NCBI GenBank assembly: GCA_947366895.1
Contig: CANBBP010000005.1
Location: forward strand, 1 to 64,000
Reading direction: 5' to 3'
Length of the DNA stretch: 64,000 nt
Source: an uncultured Clostridia bacterium
GTDB lineage: Bacteria; Bacillota; Clostridia; Christensenellales; UBA1242
In this document: piece after piece, positions 8,679 through 17,687 of the stretch
Numbering within the stretch: position 1 is the stretch's first letter
Layout: each line of letters begins with the position of its first letter
Program-made: the position numbers and the translations under genes
The notes under the pieces: model-generated
Databases searched by the model: none
What the model was told of the DNA's origin: nothing
Seen by the model: only the letters and a program-made list of their open reading frames with translations

Positions 8679-9668
8679 TTAACTTTCTTCTATATTTTCT
8701 ATCTTATTTTCATTATTAAATTTTATATTATAAACCTTTGCGTATTTTACTGGCTTTGAATAATAAATCAATGCTATTTCTTCTGGGTTGTATTCAGGTG
8801 ATAAGGTTTGATAAGGCTTTTCAAAATTTCCAAAAAACTTGTTTAGATGGTTGTTTGATAATTTACTTGATAGGGCAGGGGAAAGATAGTTTCTAGCTAG
8901 TTTAAAATTTTTATTTTTTAATGCTTCAAAAAAAGCAAAAGGAACAAACTCTTTAATTTTGGTTATTGTTGGTTTTTGGTTGTTGTATGCTAATTCTTTT
9001 GTTTTATTAAATGCATTTTCAAATGAGTATGTTGTAATTTCTCCGTGATTTGCGTAGTCATGTAAATTTTTATAAGTAGTTATTGTGTTTTCATTTCCTT
9101 CTAATAAATCAACTTCTTGCATTTCTTGTAAAAAGTATTTATTGTTTTCGTATAAAATATGACAAGTAACAAATTTTGAATTTTGAGTGCGAAAATATAT
9201 TAAAATATTACCATCTTTAATTTTTGCTTCCATATCTGTTACTTTACAATTATTTCTAAAATCTAAATAGTTTGTAGAATTTTCTATTCGACAATTAAGA
9301 TAATTATTACTAAACCAACTTATGGTATGAGGGGTGTTTTGAGAACGGATTACTTTTGTTTTAAGACCAAACCCAACTGGTGAATTTGCAAAGATAAAAG
9401 GATTAACTTCCAATAAAAAATTATTATTTGGAAAACGAGTTAATGTTAGGTTACTCATATTAGTTTGAAGTGAGTTTTCATTGAAAGGTTCTAAAATGCA
9501 CGAAAATGGCAAAGAGTTTAACTCTTCTGAAAATGATGGGTAAAAAGATAAGGCGGTTTTATCTTTTAAAATAAATGAATAGGTCTTATTTTTTATAAGA
9601 CTTTTTTGATTATCATAGTAGTTTAATACGCAATCAAAACTAGGCTTTATGTGTAAGTAGAAATCCAT
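8679..9668 (-). CDS. Hypothetical protein, N/Y/F-rich, 329 aa
   Basis: Long ORF with no recognisable motif. Confidence 0.5.
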   Translation of the reverse strand: MDFYLHIKPSFDCVLNYYDNQKSLIKNKTYSFILKDKTALSFYPSFSEELNSLPFSCILEPFNENSLQTNMSNLTLTRFPNNNFLLEVNPFIFANSPVGFGLKTKVIRSQNTPHTISWFSNNYLNCRIENSTNYLDFRNNCKVTDMEAKIKDGNILIYFRTQNSKFVTCHILYENNKYFLQEMQEVDLLEGNENTITTYKNLHDYANHGEITTYSFENAFNKTKELAYNNQKPTITKIKEFVPFAFFEALKNKNFKLARNYLSPALSSKLSNNHLNKFFGNFEKPYQTLSPEYNPEEIALIYYSKPVKYAKVYNIKFNNENKIENIEES

Positions 9669-9776
9669 ATATATCTCCTTATTAATATGAATATGACAAG
9701 CATTTATTGTTTTATGTATAGAAATAAATTTCTAGATAATAATTACTAAGAAGTTAAATTTATTTAAGGAGATTTT

Positions 9777-10559
9777 ATGAATAAAAAAGAGGACAGGCAA
9801 AGAAAGATGCTAGAAATTGTTAAAAAATGTATAGACAATAATTATAATCTTGACAAGACCTTTGATATGATTTCTAGTAAATTGAAACTTAAAAAAGGTA
9901 GTGCAAAAAATTATTATTATACTTTTATTAAGTCTATTAAAAATGACCCTAACAAATATCAAAAATTGGATATAGAAAAATTATCAAAAAATAATTTTAA
10001 TAGATTTGAAGAAACAGAAATTAATGAACTTGTAACTATAGTTGATAATAATTTAATGAAAGGTATCAGTGTAAGGCAAACATGTTTAGAACTTGCAAAT
10101 AATGATGCAAAGGTAATGTTAAGATTACAAAACAAATATAGAAATTGTAAGCATAATGGGAGCAAAAAAAATATGGGAAACAAAGAAAATATTATTAATA
10201 TAGATTTTGCAAAACAAAAGTTAAATAAAAAAATTAGTGATAGTGATATTAATGCCTTATTTATGGGACTTGTAAAAATAGTTAAAAAGAGTGCTTTAGA
10301 TAGTGCTAATCAAGAATTAAAAGTTGAATGTAATGAGGCAAATGAAAATTTTAGACAAACTTTAATAGATTTAAATAAAAAAGAAGAAGAACTTAAAATA
10401 ATGCAAGAAGTAAATAGAGAACTTAATTTAAAAGTAGAGGCACAAAAAGAACAAATTTGTTCGTTGTTGCAAAAACTTTCAAGTAGGAGGCTTAAAAGCT
10501 TAGAAAAGAAAAGCGATTATAAAACTATGAAATTAAAAAAGTTTGATTTAAGTAAATGA
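9777..10559 (+). CDS. Hypothetical coiled-coil protein, 260 aa
   Basis: K/E/N-rich with heptad-like segments in the C-terminal half. RBS ggagattttATG. Confidence 0.5.
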   Translation: MNKKEDRQRKMLEIVKKCIDNNYNLDKTFDMISSKLKLKKGSAKNYYYTFIKSIKNDPNKYQKLDIEKLSKNNFNRFEETEINELVTIVDNNLMKGISVRQTCLELANNDAKVMLRLQNKYRNCKHNGSKKNMGNKENIINIDFAKQKLNKKISDSDINALFMGLVKIVKKSALDSANQELKVECNEANENFRQTLIDLNKKEEELKIMQEVNRELNLKVEAQKEQICSLLQKLSSRRLKSLEKKSDYKTMKLKKFDLSK

Positions 10560-10651
10560 TTTATTAAATAATTAAATATATAATTGCTAGTAAGGATTTA
10601 AAAAAAATAAGGTTATAGTCACTAACATTTGAAACTAGCGGAATAATTAAA

Positions 10652-10681
10652 GAGAACTCTATAGTTTTAGAGTTCTTTTTC
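10652..10681. terminator. Hairpin with T-run just inside the left end of the island
   Basis: Stem gaactcta / tagagttc, loop tagttt, then ttttt. Confidence 0.45.
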
Positions 10682-10713
10682 TTGTGGCTTTATGCCGCGA
10701 AAGGTTCTTTACT

Positions 10714-10837
10714 CAGGGCTTAAGAATGGAACATAATAGACAAAAGGCAAAAAGAAAAAAGCGAAAGTATCTTCGCTTTAATAGCATAATGCTTGTTTCT
10801 TTGTCTTATTTGCAGAGATTATCATTCTAAGCCCTGT
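10714..10837. repeat. ~124-nt long imperfect palindrome (nested inverted repeats) downstream of the recombinase gene
   Basis: Outer arms cagggcttaagaatg / cattctaagccctg (15 bp, 1 indel). Inner arms aatagacaaa / tttgtcttatt. Central hairpin agcgaa-agtatc-ttcgct. Confidence 0.6.
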
Positions 10838-10871
10838 GTCAAGAACATCGTGGAATAAATTAGCCACAAGT

Positions 10872-12374
10872 CTAAATAACCACATAAATATCATAAGTAT
10901 TGGTTTTAGTTTTAATAATGCCACCTTTGAAGTGTCTTTCGGTTGTGTAAGTTTCTGTAAATACTTTTTGAGTTATCGGCTCATTACTTGCCATTTGGTT
11001 TATTGCGTAATTTATACCTATTTCAATTTTGTTCTCATAAACTTTCACAAACTTTATGAATAATTCAAACGCCATATTTGGACATTGTTTCATAGTGTAT
11101 TTGAAGAAGTTTTGTATATCTTCTTTTGTTAGTTCATATCTCTCTTTAGATTGCTCTATAATAACTTTCTCTTGCAAGTCTTTCTTTGCGTTTTCAAGTT
11201 CTTCTAATCTTGCTTTTGTTGTTTCGGTAAATATGCCTTTTTCAATAGCTGACATAATATTTGCAATGGATGTATTTACTCGTTGTAAATCGGTTTTTAA
11301 TGCGTTTAATGGTGTATTGCTACCAATCCTTTTCTTATGCACTTCAAATATCTTTTCAGTCAATATTTCAAGGTTTTTAGGTGTATTGAATTGTTCTATT
11401 AAGAATTTGTCTACAACACCCTCAATAAAGTCCTTATGCAATCTTTTATTATGACAGTTATCTTTCTTTGTTCCTATGCAATTATAGTATCTCAAATGTT
11501 CGCCATTAGAAGATATTGCAGATACTGGATACATTTTCTTATTGCAATAACCACAATATATTTTGTCTTTTAGTTTAAATATTTCATGATTATCTTTTCT
11601 GCAACCATATCTATTTTTATCCATTCTTTCTTTAACCTTTGTGAATAGTTCTTTTGTTATTATTTGTGGGTAGATATTGTCATATCGTTTGCCATTTATC
11701 TCATATTCGCCAGTGTATAGTTTTCTTTGTAGAAAATGTCTTATTGTTTGTGGTATAAACTTTTGACCTTTATTTGTAATGCTTTCATTCTCTAAATCTT
11801 TAGATATTTGCAATATTGTTTTGCCACTTGCATAATCTTTGTAAATTCTATTTAATATTTCACTTTCTTCTTGGTTTACTTTTAACATTTTGTTTTCTTT
11901 AATGTAGCCATAAGGAACACTGCCAATACAATGTCCTTTCATTCGTGATTCGTGTAGTCCACGACTTACTTTTTGTGCTAATTCTTCACTAAAGTATTGG
12001 TTCATTCCTTCTAGCAAACTTTCAAGTAAAACTCCTTCTGGTGTTTCTGGTATATTTTCCATTGCAGATAAAAGTTTAATTCCATTATCTTTTAAGTGTT
12101 TTCTATGAATTGCTGACTCGTATTTGTTTCTTGCAAATCTGTCTAGTTTGTAAACTAATACATAGTCCCATTTCTTGTTATTGCTATCTTTTAGCATTCT
12201 TTGAAAAGATTCTCTTTCATCTGTTGTTCCACTGATTGCTCGGTCAATGTATGAATCAACGATTATTATATCGTTTCTTTTCGCATAGTCTTGGCAGACA
12301 TGAACTTGTCCCTCTATGCTTTGTTCTGTTTGGTTTGTGCTAGAGTATCTAGCGTAGATTACTGCTGTTTTCAT
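10872..12374 (-). CDS. Large serine recombinase (resolvase catalytic domain + recombinase domain + zinc-ribbon region), 500 aa
   Basis: N-terminal MKTAVIYARYSSTNQ... carrying the catalytic Ser/Arg resolvase signature. Its length and the Cys-rich segment (CGYCNKKM ... YYNC ... C.N.K) fit large serine recombinases. Confidence 0.85.
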   Translation of the reverse strand: MKTAVIYARYSSTNQTEQSIEGQVHVCQDYAKRNDIIIVDSYIDRAISGTTDERESFQRMLKDSNNKKWDYVLVYKLDRFARNKYESAIHRKHLKDNGIKLLSAMENIPETPEGVLLESLLEGMNQYFSEELAQKVSRGLHESRMKGHCIGSVPYGYIKENKMLKVNQEESEILNRIYKDYASGKTILQISKDLENESITNKGQKFIPQTIRHFLQRKLYTGEYEINGKRYDNIYPQIITKELFTKVKERMDKNRYGCRKDNHEIFKLKDKIYCGYCNKKMYPVSAISSNGEHLRYYNCIGTKKDNCHNKRLHKDFIEGVVDKFLIEQFNTPKNLEILTEKIFEVHKKRIGSNTPLNALKTDLQRVNTSIANIMSAIEKGIFTETTKARLEELENAKKDLQEKVIIEQSKERYELTKEDIQNFFKYTMKQCPNMAFELFIKFVKVYENKIEIGINYAINQMASNEPITQKVFTETYTTERHFKGGIIKTKTNTYDIYVVI

Positions 12375-12554
12375 TTTTTCTAAACTCCTTTATATTTTTT
12401 ATTTGTCTTTCGACGGAGCGAAACTAAACGAAAGCGGATTCTTGTTTTAAACTTTTAAATATATATATTTTTTAGTCAAGGTTTGCGAAAAGCAATACAC
12501 TTTAACCTTGACTAAAAAGAGTTTTCGTTTACGCTCCACAAGGCGAAAGATAAA

Positions 12555-13442
12555 TTAGTTGGTTGTTCTCAACTGAGATATTGTTTCTTTACTTACTTTT
12601 CCCACCAAGACACCTTCATCCCAACAATTAAAGTCATCAAATAAAAGTAGTTTTCTATCTTCAATTCCAATAGTGCAAACAATATCACTATCCATAATGT
12701 CTGATATGAAATAGGTCGGTAGTCCTTTTGAGTAAACAATTTTTTCTTCGGTCTTTGCTAAATATTTCATTATATAGGCGATAGATTGTGCCAAAGAATT
12801 TGGGGCTATTGGCTCAAAGTCGTTCCTTCCAAATCTATCTAAAAAATATTGGTTTTGATATGTCGTTTGCATTTGATGTGTTTTTGTGCTGAAATCTCGT
12901 TTTTCTATAAACTCTAAATTGTTGTTTGGTATATACACAAGTGTGTGAAAGTGTAGCCTTTTATTTATTGGACTTCGTTCCCAAACACCTGCATATTTCC
13001 AACTTTTGCGATTAGATAAATGTTTTAGACAATTAGACAACTTCGTTTTAAATGACTCTTCGTTGTGCTTTTTGTCATCATAAGTAAATGTGCAAAAATA
13101 TGACCATTCTTGTAAGTAAACTTTTCTTACAAATCTTTTTCTTCTTTCAATTAAATTTCTTAACTTTCTGTCTAAATTAACTTTTACAAACTCTCTTAAT
13201 CTTTCTTCGTTCTTTATATATGGCTTTAAACTTTCAATAATTTCGATGTTTCTTTCTCGTGGCTTTTTATCTAAATTTTCTCTATATGTCTTTTCAAAAA
13301 GTTTGTTTAAATTTGTTGTCGATGTTTCTAAATTTTCTTTCTTAATAGTGTTAGTTTTCCGTTTTTTGTGTGGTTGTAATTCTTTGGGTATTGCAATGTA
13401 ATGGCTACCATCGAAATACACTTTTGTTTCTCCAAATGGCAT
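12555..13442 (-). CDS. Rolling-circle replication initiator of the HUH superfamily with a phiX174-type double-tyrosine motif
   Basis: Motif 1 FTFTYDD, motif 2 HFHTLVY (HUH), and motif 3 AYIMKYLAK, which is Y-x-x-K-Y-x-x-K as in phiX gpA (YVAKYVNK). Confidence 0.7.
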   Translation of the reverse strand: MPFGETKVYFDGSHYIAIPKELQPHKKRKTNTIKKENLETSTTNLNKLFEKTYRENLDKKPRERNIEIIESLKPYIKNEERLREFVKVNLDRKLRNLIERRKRFVRKVYLQEWSYFCTFTYDDKKHNEESFKTKLSNCLKHLSNRKSWKYAGVWERSPINKRLHFHTLVYIPNNNLEFIEKRDFSTKTHQMQTTYQNQYFLDRFGRNDFEPIAPNSLAQSIAYIMKYLAKTEEKIVYSKGLPTYFISDIMDSDIVCTIGIEDRKLLLFDDFNCWDEGVLVGKVSKETISQLRTTN

Positions 13443-13443
13443 A

Positions 13444-13599
13444 TTACACCTGCCTTTTGGATGGTTTCTCTTTTATTTTGCGGTGTTGCATAATGTGATC
13501 TAGTAGTGCAAGATAAAACGATTCATCTAAGCCACCAACATCAATTAAATTTTGAGAGAAATCCTTATTGTTTGATTTGTTTTTAAAAATGTTTTGCAT
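13444..13599 (-). CDS. Small 51-aa ORF immediately upstream of, and overlapping, the rep start
   Basis: RBS aaaggagg 9 nt before the ATG. Its stop overlaps the rep start region (translational coupling). No known motif. Confidence 0.3.
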   Translation of the reverse strand: MQNIFKNKSNNKDFSQNLIDVGGLDESFYLALLDHIMQHRKIKEKPSKRQV

Positions 13600-14107
13600 T
13601 TTTCATTGCCTCCTTTTAGTTTTTTGGCAATTAAAAAAGGCATAGAAAGAAAATACTTCTTCTACGCCTTTGAAATGCAACCACTGTTTCTTAAACGAAA
13701 ATCTCGGCTTGCCATTTTTGCGTGTCTTTTTCAATTACTTTTGTAAATGTATCACAAACAATTTCAAAATAAAATGATATTACTTGCCCCTTAGTAGTCA
13801 TCTTATTGATTTTGATTGCTAACACTTGACACTATGTTAGCAAGTTGTTCGTTAAAATACAACGAACTAACTTAAACAAAACTTCTAATAAATCCGTAGT
13901 AAACCCTAACTAAATTTAAACTGACTTAAAGTAAAACCCAAATTTTTTAAGTGTTTGTGAAATATTTACGAGTAGAATATCTCACAAAAATCTCGGAATT
14001 ACAAGATGGTTTACTGGTAGTTTACAAGTAATAAACAGGTATTTTGCGGACAAAATGCGAACTTTTGCAATGCATTTACACTTAATAGCCACAAAAACAT
14101 TAAAAAG

Positions 14108-14136
14108 TTGACGGTCTAACTGAAACTTTTTAATAT
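14108..14136 (+). promoter_or_regulatory. Candidate sigma-A promoter (TTGACG, 17-bp spacer, TAATAT) facing the hairpin cluster and R-M operon, bracketed by a 14-bp direct repeat
   Basis: -35 at 14108-14113 and -10 at 14131-14136. Direct repeats aatagccac(a/g)aaaa at 14084-14097 and 14146-14159. Confidence 0.4.
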
Positions 14137-14236
14137 CTTCTATATAATAGCCACGAAAAAGCCATTTTGAGCGGGTGTTTTTACAAAAAAATTTATAAAC
14201 TTAAAAATTTATGTTAAAAAGCAAAACAAAAGAGAA

Positions 14237-14398
14237 AGTGGGCGAAGAAAAAAGTGGAGGTGCGATAGCCTGCGGCACTCCACTTTTTGCCCACTTTCGT
14301 TTTGCGAAAGGTTTGTTTATATTTAGTTGTTTTAGTTTAGGCGTGTGCTTGTCTGCTGGAGCGAAGCGACAGCACTTGTATCAAGACAAGCACACGCC
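14237..14398. other. Cluster of three GC-rich stem-loops inside an AT-rich island; candidate rolling-circle origin (dso or sso)
   Basis: Nested hairpin with outer stem aagtgggc/gcccactt and inner stem aaaaagtggag/ctccacttttt (14249-14259 / 14278-14288). Hairpin ctttcg-ttttg-cgaaag (14294-14310). 15-bp perfect inverted repeat ggcgtgtgcttgtct / agacaagcacacgcc (14340-14354 / 14384-14398). Confidence 0.45.
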
Positions 14399-14514
14399 TG
14401 AGTGCCATTTTATTTAAAATTTTATAAAATAAGTCAACGATTGCTTGCAAAAATCATATCATTTATGTTATATTAAAAGTAAAGAAAGTAAAGATTTTTT
14501 AAGGAGCAAAAAAT

Positions 14515-14724
14515 ATGATAAAGCAAGCGAAGTTATCAAATAAATGCCAAATAACAGTTCCGAAAGAGGTTAGGAAATTGTTGGAGATTGATAAGGGAGA
14601 TGATGTCGTTTTTTATATTGAAGATAATGAGGTAAAACTAACCAGTATTAAAAACATTAATCTAAAACTAAAGAACCCAAAAAAGAAAACAACAATGAAA
14701 AAAGGAGAAAATAACAATGGATAA
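14515..14724 (+). CDS. AbrB/MazE/SpoVT-family small DNA-binding protein, 69 aa; first gene of the R-M operon
   Basis: Swapped-hairpin signature QITVPKEVRKLLEIDKGDDVVFYIEDNEVKL. RBS aaggagc. Overlaps the hsdM start by 8 nt. Confidence 0.7.
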   Translation: MIKQAKLSNKCQITVPKEVRKLLEIDKGDDVVFYIEDNEVKLTSIKNINLKLKNPKKKTTMKKGENNNG

Positions 14725-16444
14725 ACAAAAGATTGACAACAAGGCAAGTTTGATATGGAGCATCGCAGATAAACTTCAAGGAGATTATAAGCCTCATGAA
14801 TATGGAGATGTTATTCTTCCATTTACTGTGCTTAAAAGGTTTGATAGCGTCCTTGCCGACACTAAAGATAAGGTTATTAAAGTAGCATCTGAATATCCAG
14901 TTATTACTCCACCTGTTGACAAACTTCTTAAAAGTGTAGCAAAACAACAAATATACAATATAAGCAAATATAATTTTAAAAATTTGCTTGACGACCCTGA
15001 TAATATAAAAATCAACTTTAAAAAATATATTGCTGGCTTTTCTGAAGAAGTAAAAGATATCTTAAGTAAAGAGCATGGGTTTGAGTTTGATAGACAAATT
15101 GAAAAACTAGACAATGCGGGTTTGTTATATTTGATAATTGCCGAATTTAATACCGAAAAGGCAGATTTACACCCTAACAAAGTTAGCGATATTGAAATGG
15201 GGTATATTTTTGAGGAAGTAATTAGAAAATTTAGTGAAACATATCAGGCTGATGCTGGAGAATTCTACACCCCAAGAGAAATTATTGATTTAATGGTTAA
15301 TTTACTTTTAAATAATGAAGAATTAAGTGAAAACAATAAGGTAATACAAATATATGACGGAGCGTGTGGCACTGGTGGGATGTTGTCTATCGCCTACGAA
15401 CGAATCAAGGAACTAAATAGTACAAATGCCGTTTTTACAAATGGGCAAGAAATTAACCCTCAAACTTATGCTATTTGTAAAAGTGATATGCTACTTAAAG
15501 GTGGTAAAAATTCAACAATTAAATTTGGTAGTACCCTTTCGAACGATCAATTTTCTGAAGAACAATTTGATTATATTATTATGAATCCACCTTTTGGTAG
15601 AGAATGGAAAAAAGACAAGGAAGAAGTTGAAAAGGAATATAAGCGTGGTTTTGCTGGTAGATTTGGTGCAGGATTGCCTGCAGTTAGTGATAGTCAAATG
15701 TTATTTTTGCAAAATGCTATTTCAAAAATGAAACCAAGTGGAAGTAGAGTTGCAATAATACATAATGGTTCTGCTTTATTTGCTGGTGATGCAGAAAGTG
15801 GACCAAGTGAAATTAGAAGATATATAATTGAAAATGACTTGCTTGAAGCCATTATTCAATTACCAAACAACATCTTTTATAATACTGGAATAGCTACATA
15901 TATTTGGCTATTGTCAAATAAAAAATCAAAAGAAAGAGTTGGTAAAATTCAACTTATAAATGCAAATGAAATGTTTGTAAAGCGACGCAAGGTTTTAGGC
16001 GAAAAGCGAAATGACATTTCAAAGACGCAAATTGAGGATATAACCAAACTTTATGATGATTTTAAAGAAGCCGATAACAGCAAAATATTAGACAACGAAG
16101 ATTTTAAGTATTTTAAAGTTGTAGTTGAAACGCCGATTAAAGATGAAAAAAGCAACATTATATTAGATAAAAAAGGCAAAAAACAACCTGATATAAATTT
16201 AAGAGATTTTGAGATTATACCAGCGAAAGAAAATATTGAAGCATTTATGCAAAAAAATGTTTATCCTTTCAACCCTGATGCTTATATAGATAAAGACAAA
16301 ACTAAAGTTGGTTATGAAATTCCTTTTACAAGGTTATTTTATAAATTTATTCCACCTACTCCATCAAAGGCTATCTTTGCTGAAATTAAAGAGCTTGAAA
16401 AACAAGAAACCACTTTAATGAAGGAGTTATTTAGCAATGATTAA
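14717..16444 (+). CDS. hsdM: Type I restriction-modification system, methyltransferase subunit
   Basis: N6-adenine methyltransferase motif IV NPPFG (IIMNPPFGREW) and a SAM-binding region DGACGTGGML; 575 aa. Confidence 0.9.
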   Translation: MDKQKIDNKASLIWSIADKLQGDYKPHEYGDVILPFTVLKRFDSVLADTKDKVIKVASEYPVITPPVDKLLKSVAKQQIYNISKYNFKNLLDDPDNIKINFKKYIAGFSEEVKDILSKEHGFEFDRQIEKLDNAGLLYLIIAEFNTEKADLHPNKVSDIEMGYIFEEVIRKFSETYQADAGEFYTPREIIDLMVNLLLNNEELSENNKVIQIYDGACGTGGMLSIAYERIKELNSTNAVFTNGQEINPQTYAICKSDMLLKGGKNSTIKFGSTLSNDQFSEEQFDYIIMNPPFGREWKKDKEEVEKEYKRGFAGRFGAGLPAVSDSQMLFLQNAISKMKPSGSRVAIIHNGSALFAGDAESGPSEIRRYIIENDLLEAIIQLPNNIFYNTGIATYIWLLSNKKSKERVGKIQLINANEMFVKRRKVLGEKRNDISKTQIEDITKLYDDFKEADNSKILDNEDFKYFKVVVETPIKDEKSNIILDKKGKKQPDINLRDFEIIPAKENIEAFMQKNVYPFNPDAYIDKDKTKVGYEIPFTRLFYKFIPPTPSKAIFAEIKELEKQETTLMKELFSND

Positions 16445-17687
16445 GATGAAAGAAAGTGGTGTTGAATGGATTGGACAAATTCCTGAAGACTGGAAATTAA
16501 AAAGATTGAAAATAGTTTTACAGGAAAGAAATGAAAATAATAATCCTGTTAAAACAGATTATATATTGTCATTGACAAATGATAAAGGAGTTATTCCATA
16601 CTCTGAAAAAGGCGATATTGGTAATAAATCTAAAGATGATATTACTGGGTATAAGTTAGCTTATCCAAATGATATTGTGCTAAACAGCATGAATGTTGTT
16701 ATTGGTTCGGTCGGTATTTCCAACTATTTTGGAGCTGTAAGTCCAGTTTATTATATGTTAAGACCAAGAAATAAAAATGACGATGTAAGGTATTATAATT
16801 ATATTTTTCAGACAAAAGAATTTCAAAATAAGTTAAAGGGTTATGGGAATGGAATTCTAGAAATAAGAATGAGAATTCAGATGTTAAAATTAAACACTGT
16901 AGAGTTACCTGTTCCATCAAGTGAAGAGCAAGTAAAAATCGCTGATTTTCTTGATAAAAAATGTTCGCAAATTAATGCACTTATAAAAATTCAAGAAAAA
17001 GAAATTGAAAAGATTAAACAATATAAACAAGCCGTTATAAGCGAAGTTGTAACAAAAGGCTTAGACCGTAGTGTGAAAATGAAAGATAGTGGCGTTGAAT
17101 GGATAGGCGAAGTCCCTGTAGATTGGGAAGTAAAAAAATTAAAATTTTGTTATAAAAACAGAAATACTAAGTATACATTAGGAGAATTCCCATATATTGC
17201 ATTGGAAAATATAGAATCTTTTAGTGGGAAATATGTTTACACTGAGACAAATTCAAATTATTTACTTGAAGGTTCAATTATTGCGACTAAGGGAGATGTG
17301 ATATTTGGTAAGCTTAGACCGTATTTAACAAAAGCATTTCTAATTGAATCTGATTCTTGTGTATCTACAGAATTTGCAGTATTTTATTCAAATGAGAATA
17401 ATTCAGAATTTTTAAAATATTTATTTTTAAGCTATAGATTTATAGACATAATAAACTCTTCTACATATGGGACAAAGATGCCAAGAGCGAATATTGATTT
17501 TATAAATAATCTAGAGATAGCTTTACCAAATTTAAAAACCCAGCAAGAAATATCGGAGTATCTTGAAAAAAAATCAAATGAAATAGATAACTTAATACAA
17601 ATAAAGAAATTTAAAATTCAAAAACTTCAAGATTATCAAAAATCTTTAATATACGAATATGTAACAGGTAAAAAGAGGTGTATTTAA
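16437..17687 (+). CDS. hsdS: Type I restriction-modification system, specificity subunit
   Basis: Two target-recognition halves, each preceded by the conserved repeat MK(E/D)SGVEWIG(Q/E).P.DW. Overlaps hsdM by 8 nt and hsdR by 10 nt. Confidence 0.85.
   Translation: MIKMKESGVEWIGQIPEDWKLKRLKIVLQERNENNNPVKTDYILSLTNDKGVIPYSEKGDIGNKSKDDITGYKLAYPNDIVLNSMNVVIGSVGISNYFGAVSPVYYMLRPRNKNDDVRYYNYIFQTKEFQNKLKGYGNGILEIRMRIQMLKLNTVELPVPSSEEQVKIADFLDKKCSQINALIKIQEKEIEKIKQYKQAVISEVVTKGLDRSVKMKDSGVEWIGEVPVDWEVKKLKFCYKNRNTKYTLGEFPYIALENIESFSGKYVYTETNSNYLLEGSIIATKGDVIFGKLRPYLTKAFLIESDSCVSTEFAVFYSNENNSEFLKYLFLSYRFIDIINSSTYGTKMPRANIDFINNLEIALPNLKTQQEISEYLEKKSNEIDNLIQIKKFKIQKLQDYQKSLIYEYVTGKKRCI

Noticed and set aside
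10600-10870. Looked for a tRNA or tmRNA gene as integration target at the island's left end
   Set aside because: No T-loop (GTTCGA/GTTCAA-type) or acceptor-stem pattern was found. Serine recombinases do not require tRNA targets. The structure there is better explained as a long palindrome.
10836-11454. Plus-strand ORFs 10836-11063 and 11056-11454
   Set aside because: They are antisense to the serine recombinase gene, with no RBS and low-complexity translation.
13698-13996. 10-mer aaaatctcgg occurring twice (13698 and 13987) in the rep-proximal non-coding region
   Set aside because: A single 10-mer repeat ~290 bp apart in ~900 bp of AT-rich DNA is within chance expectation, so it is not reported as an iteron.
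14211-14417. 68-aa plus-strand ORF in the island
   Set aside because: It overlaps three GC-rich hairpins and inverted repeats, and it has no RBS. The reading frame is more likely a by-product of structured non-coding DNA (candidate origin).
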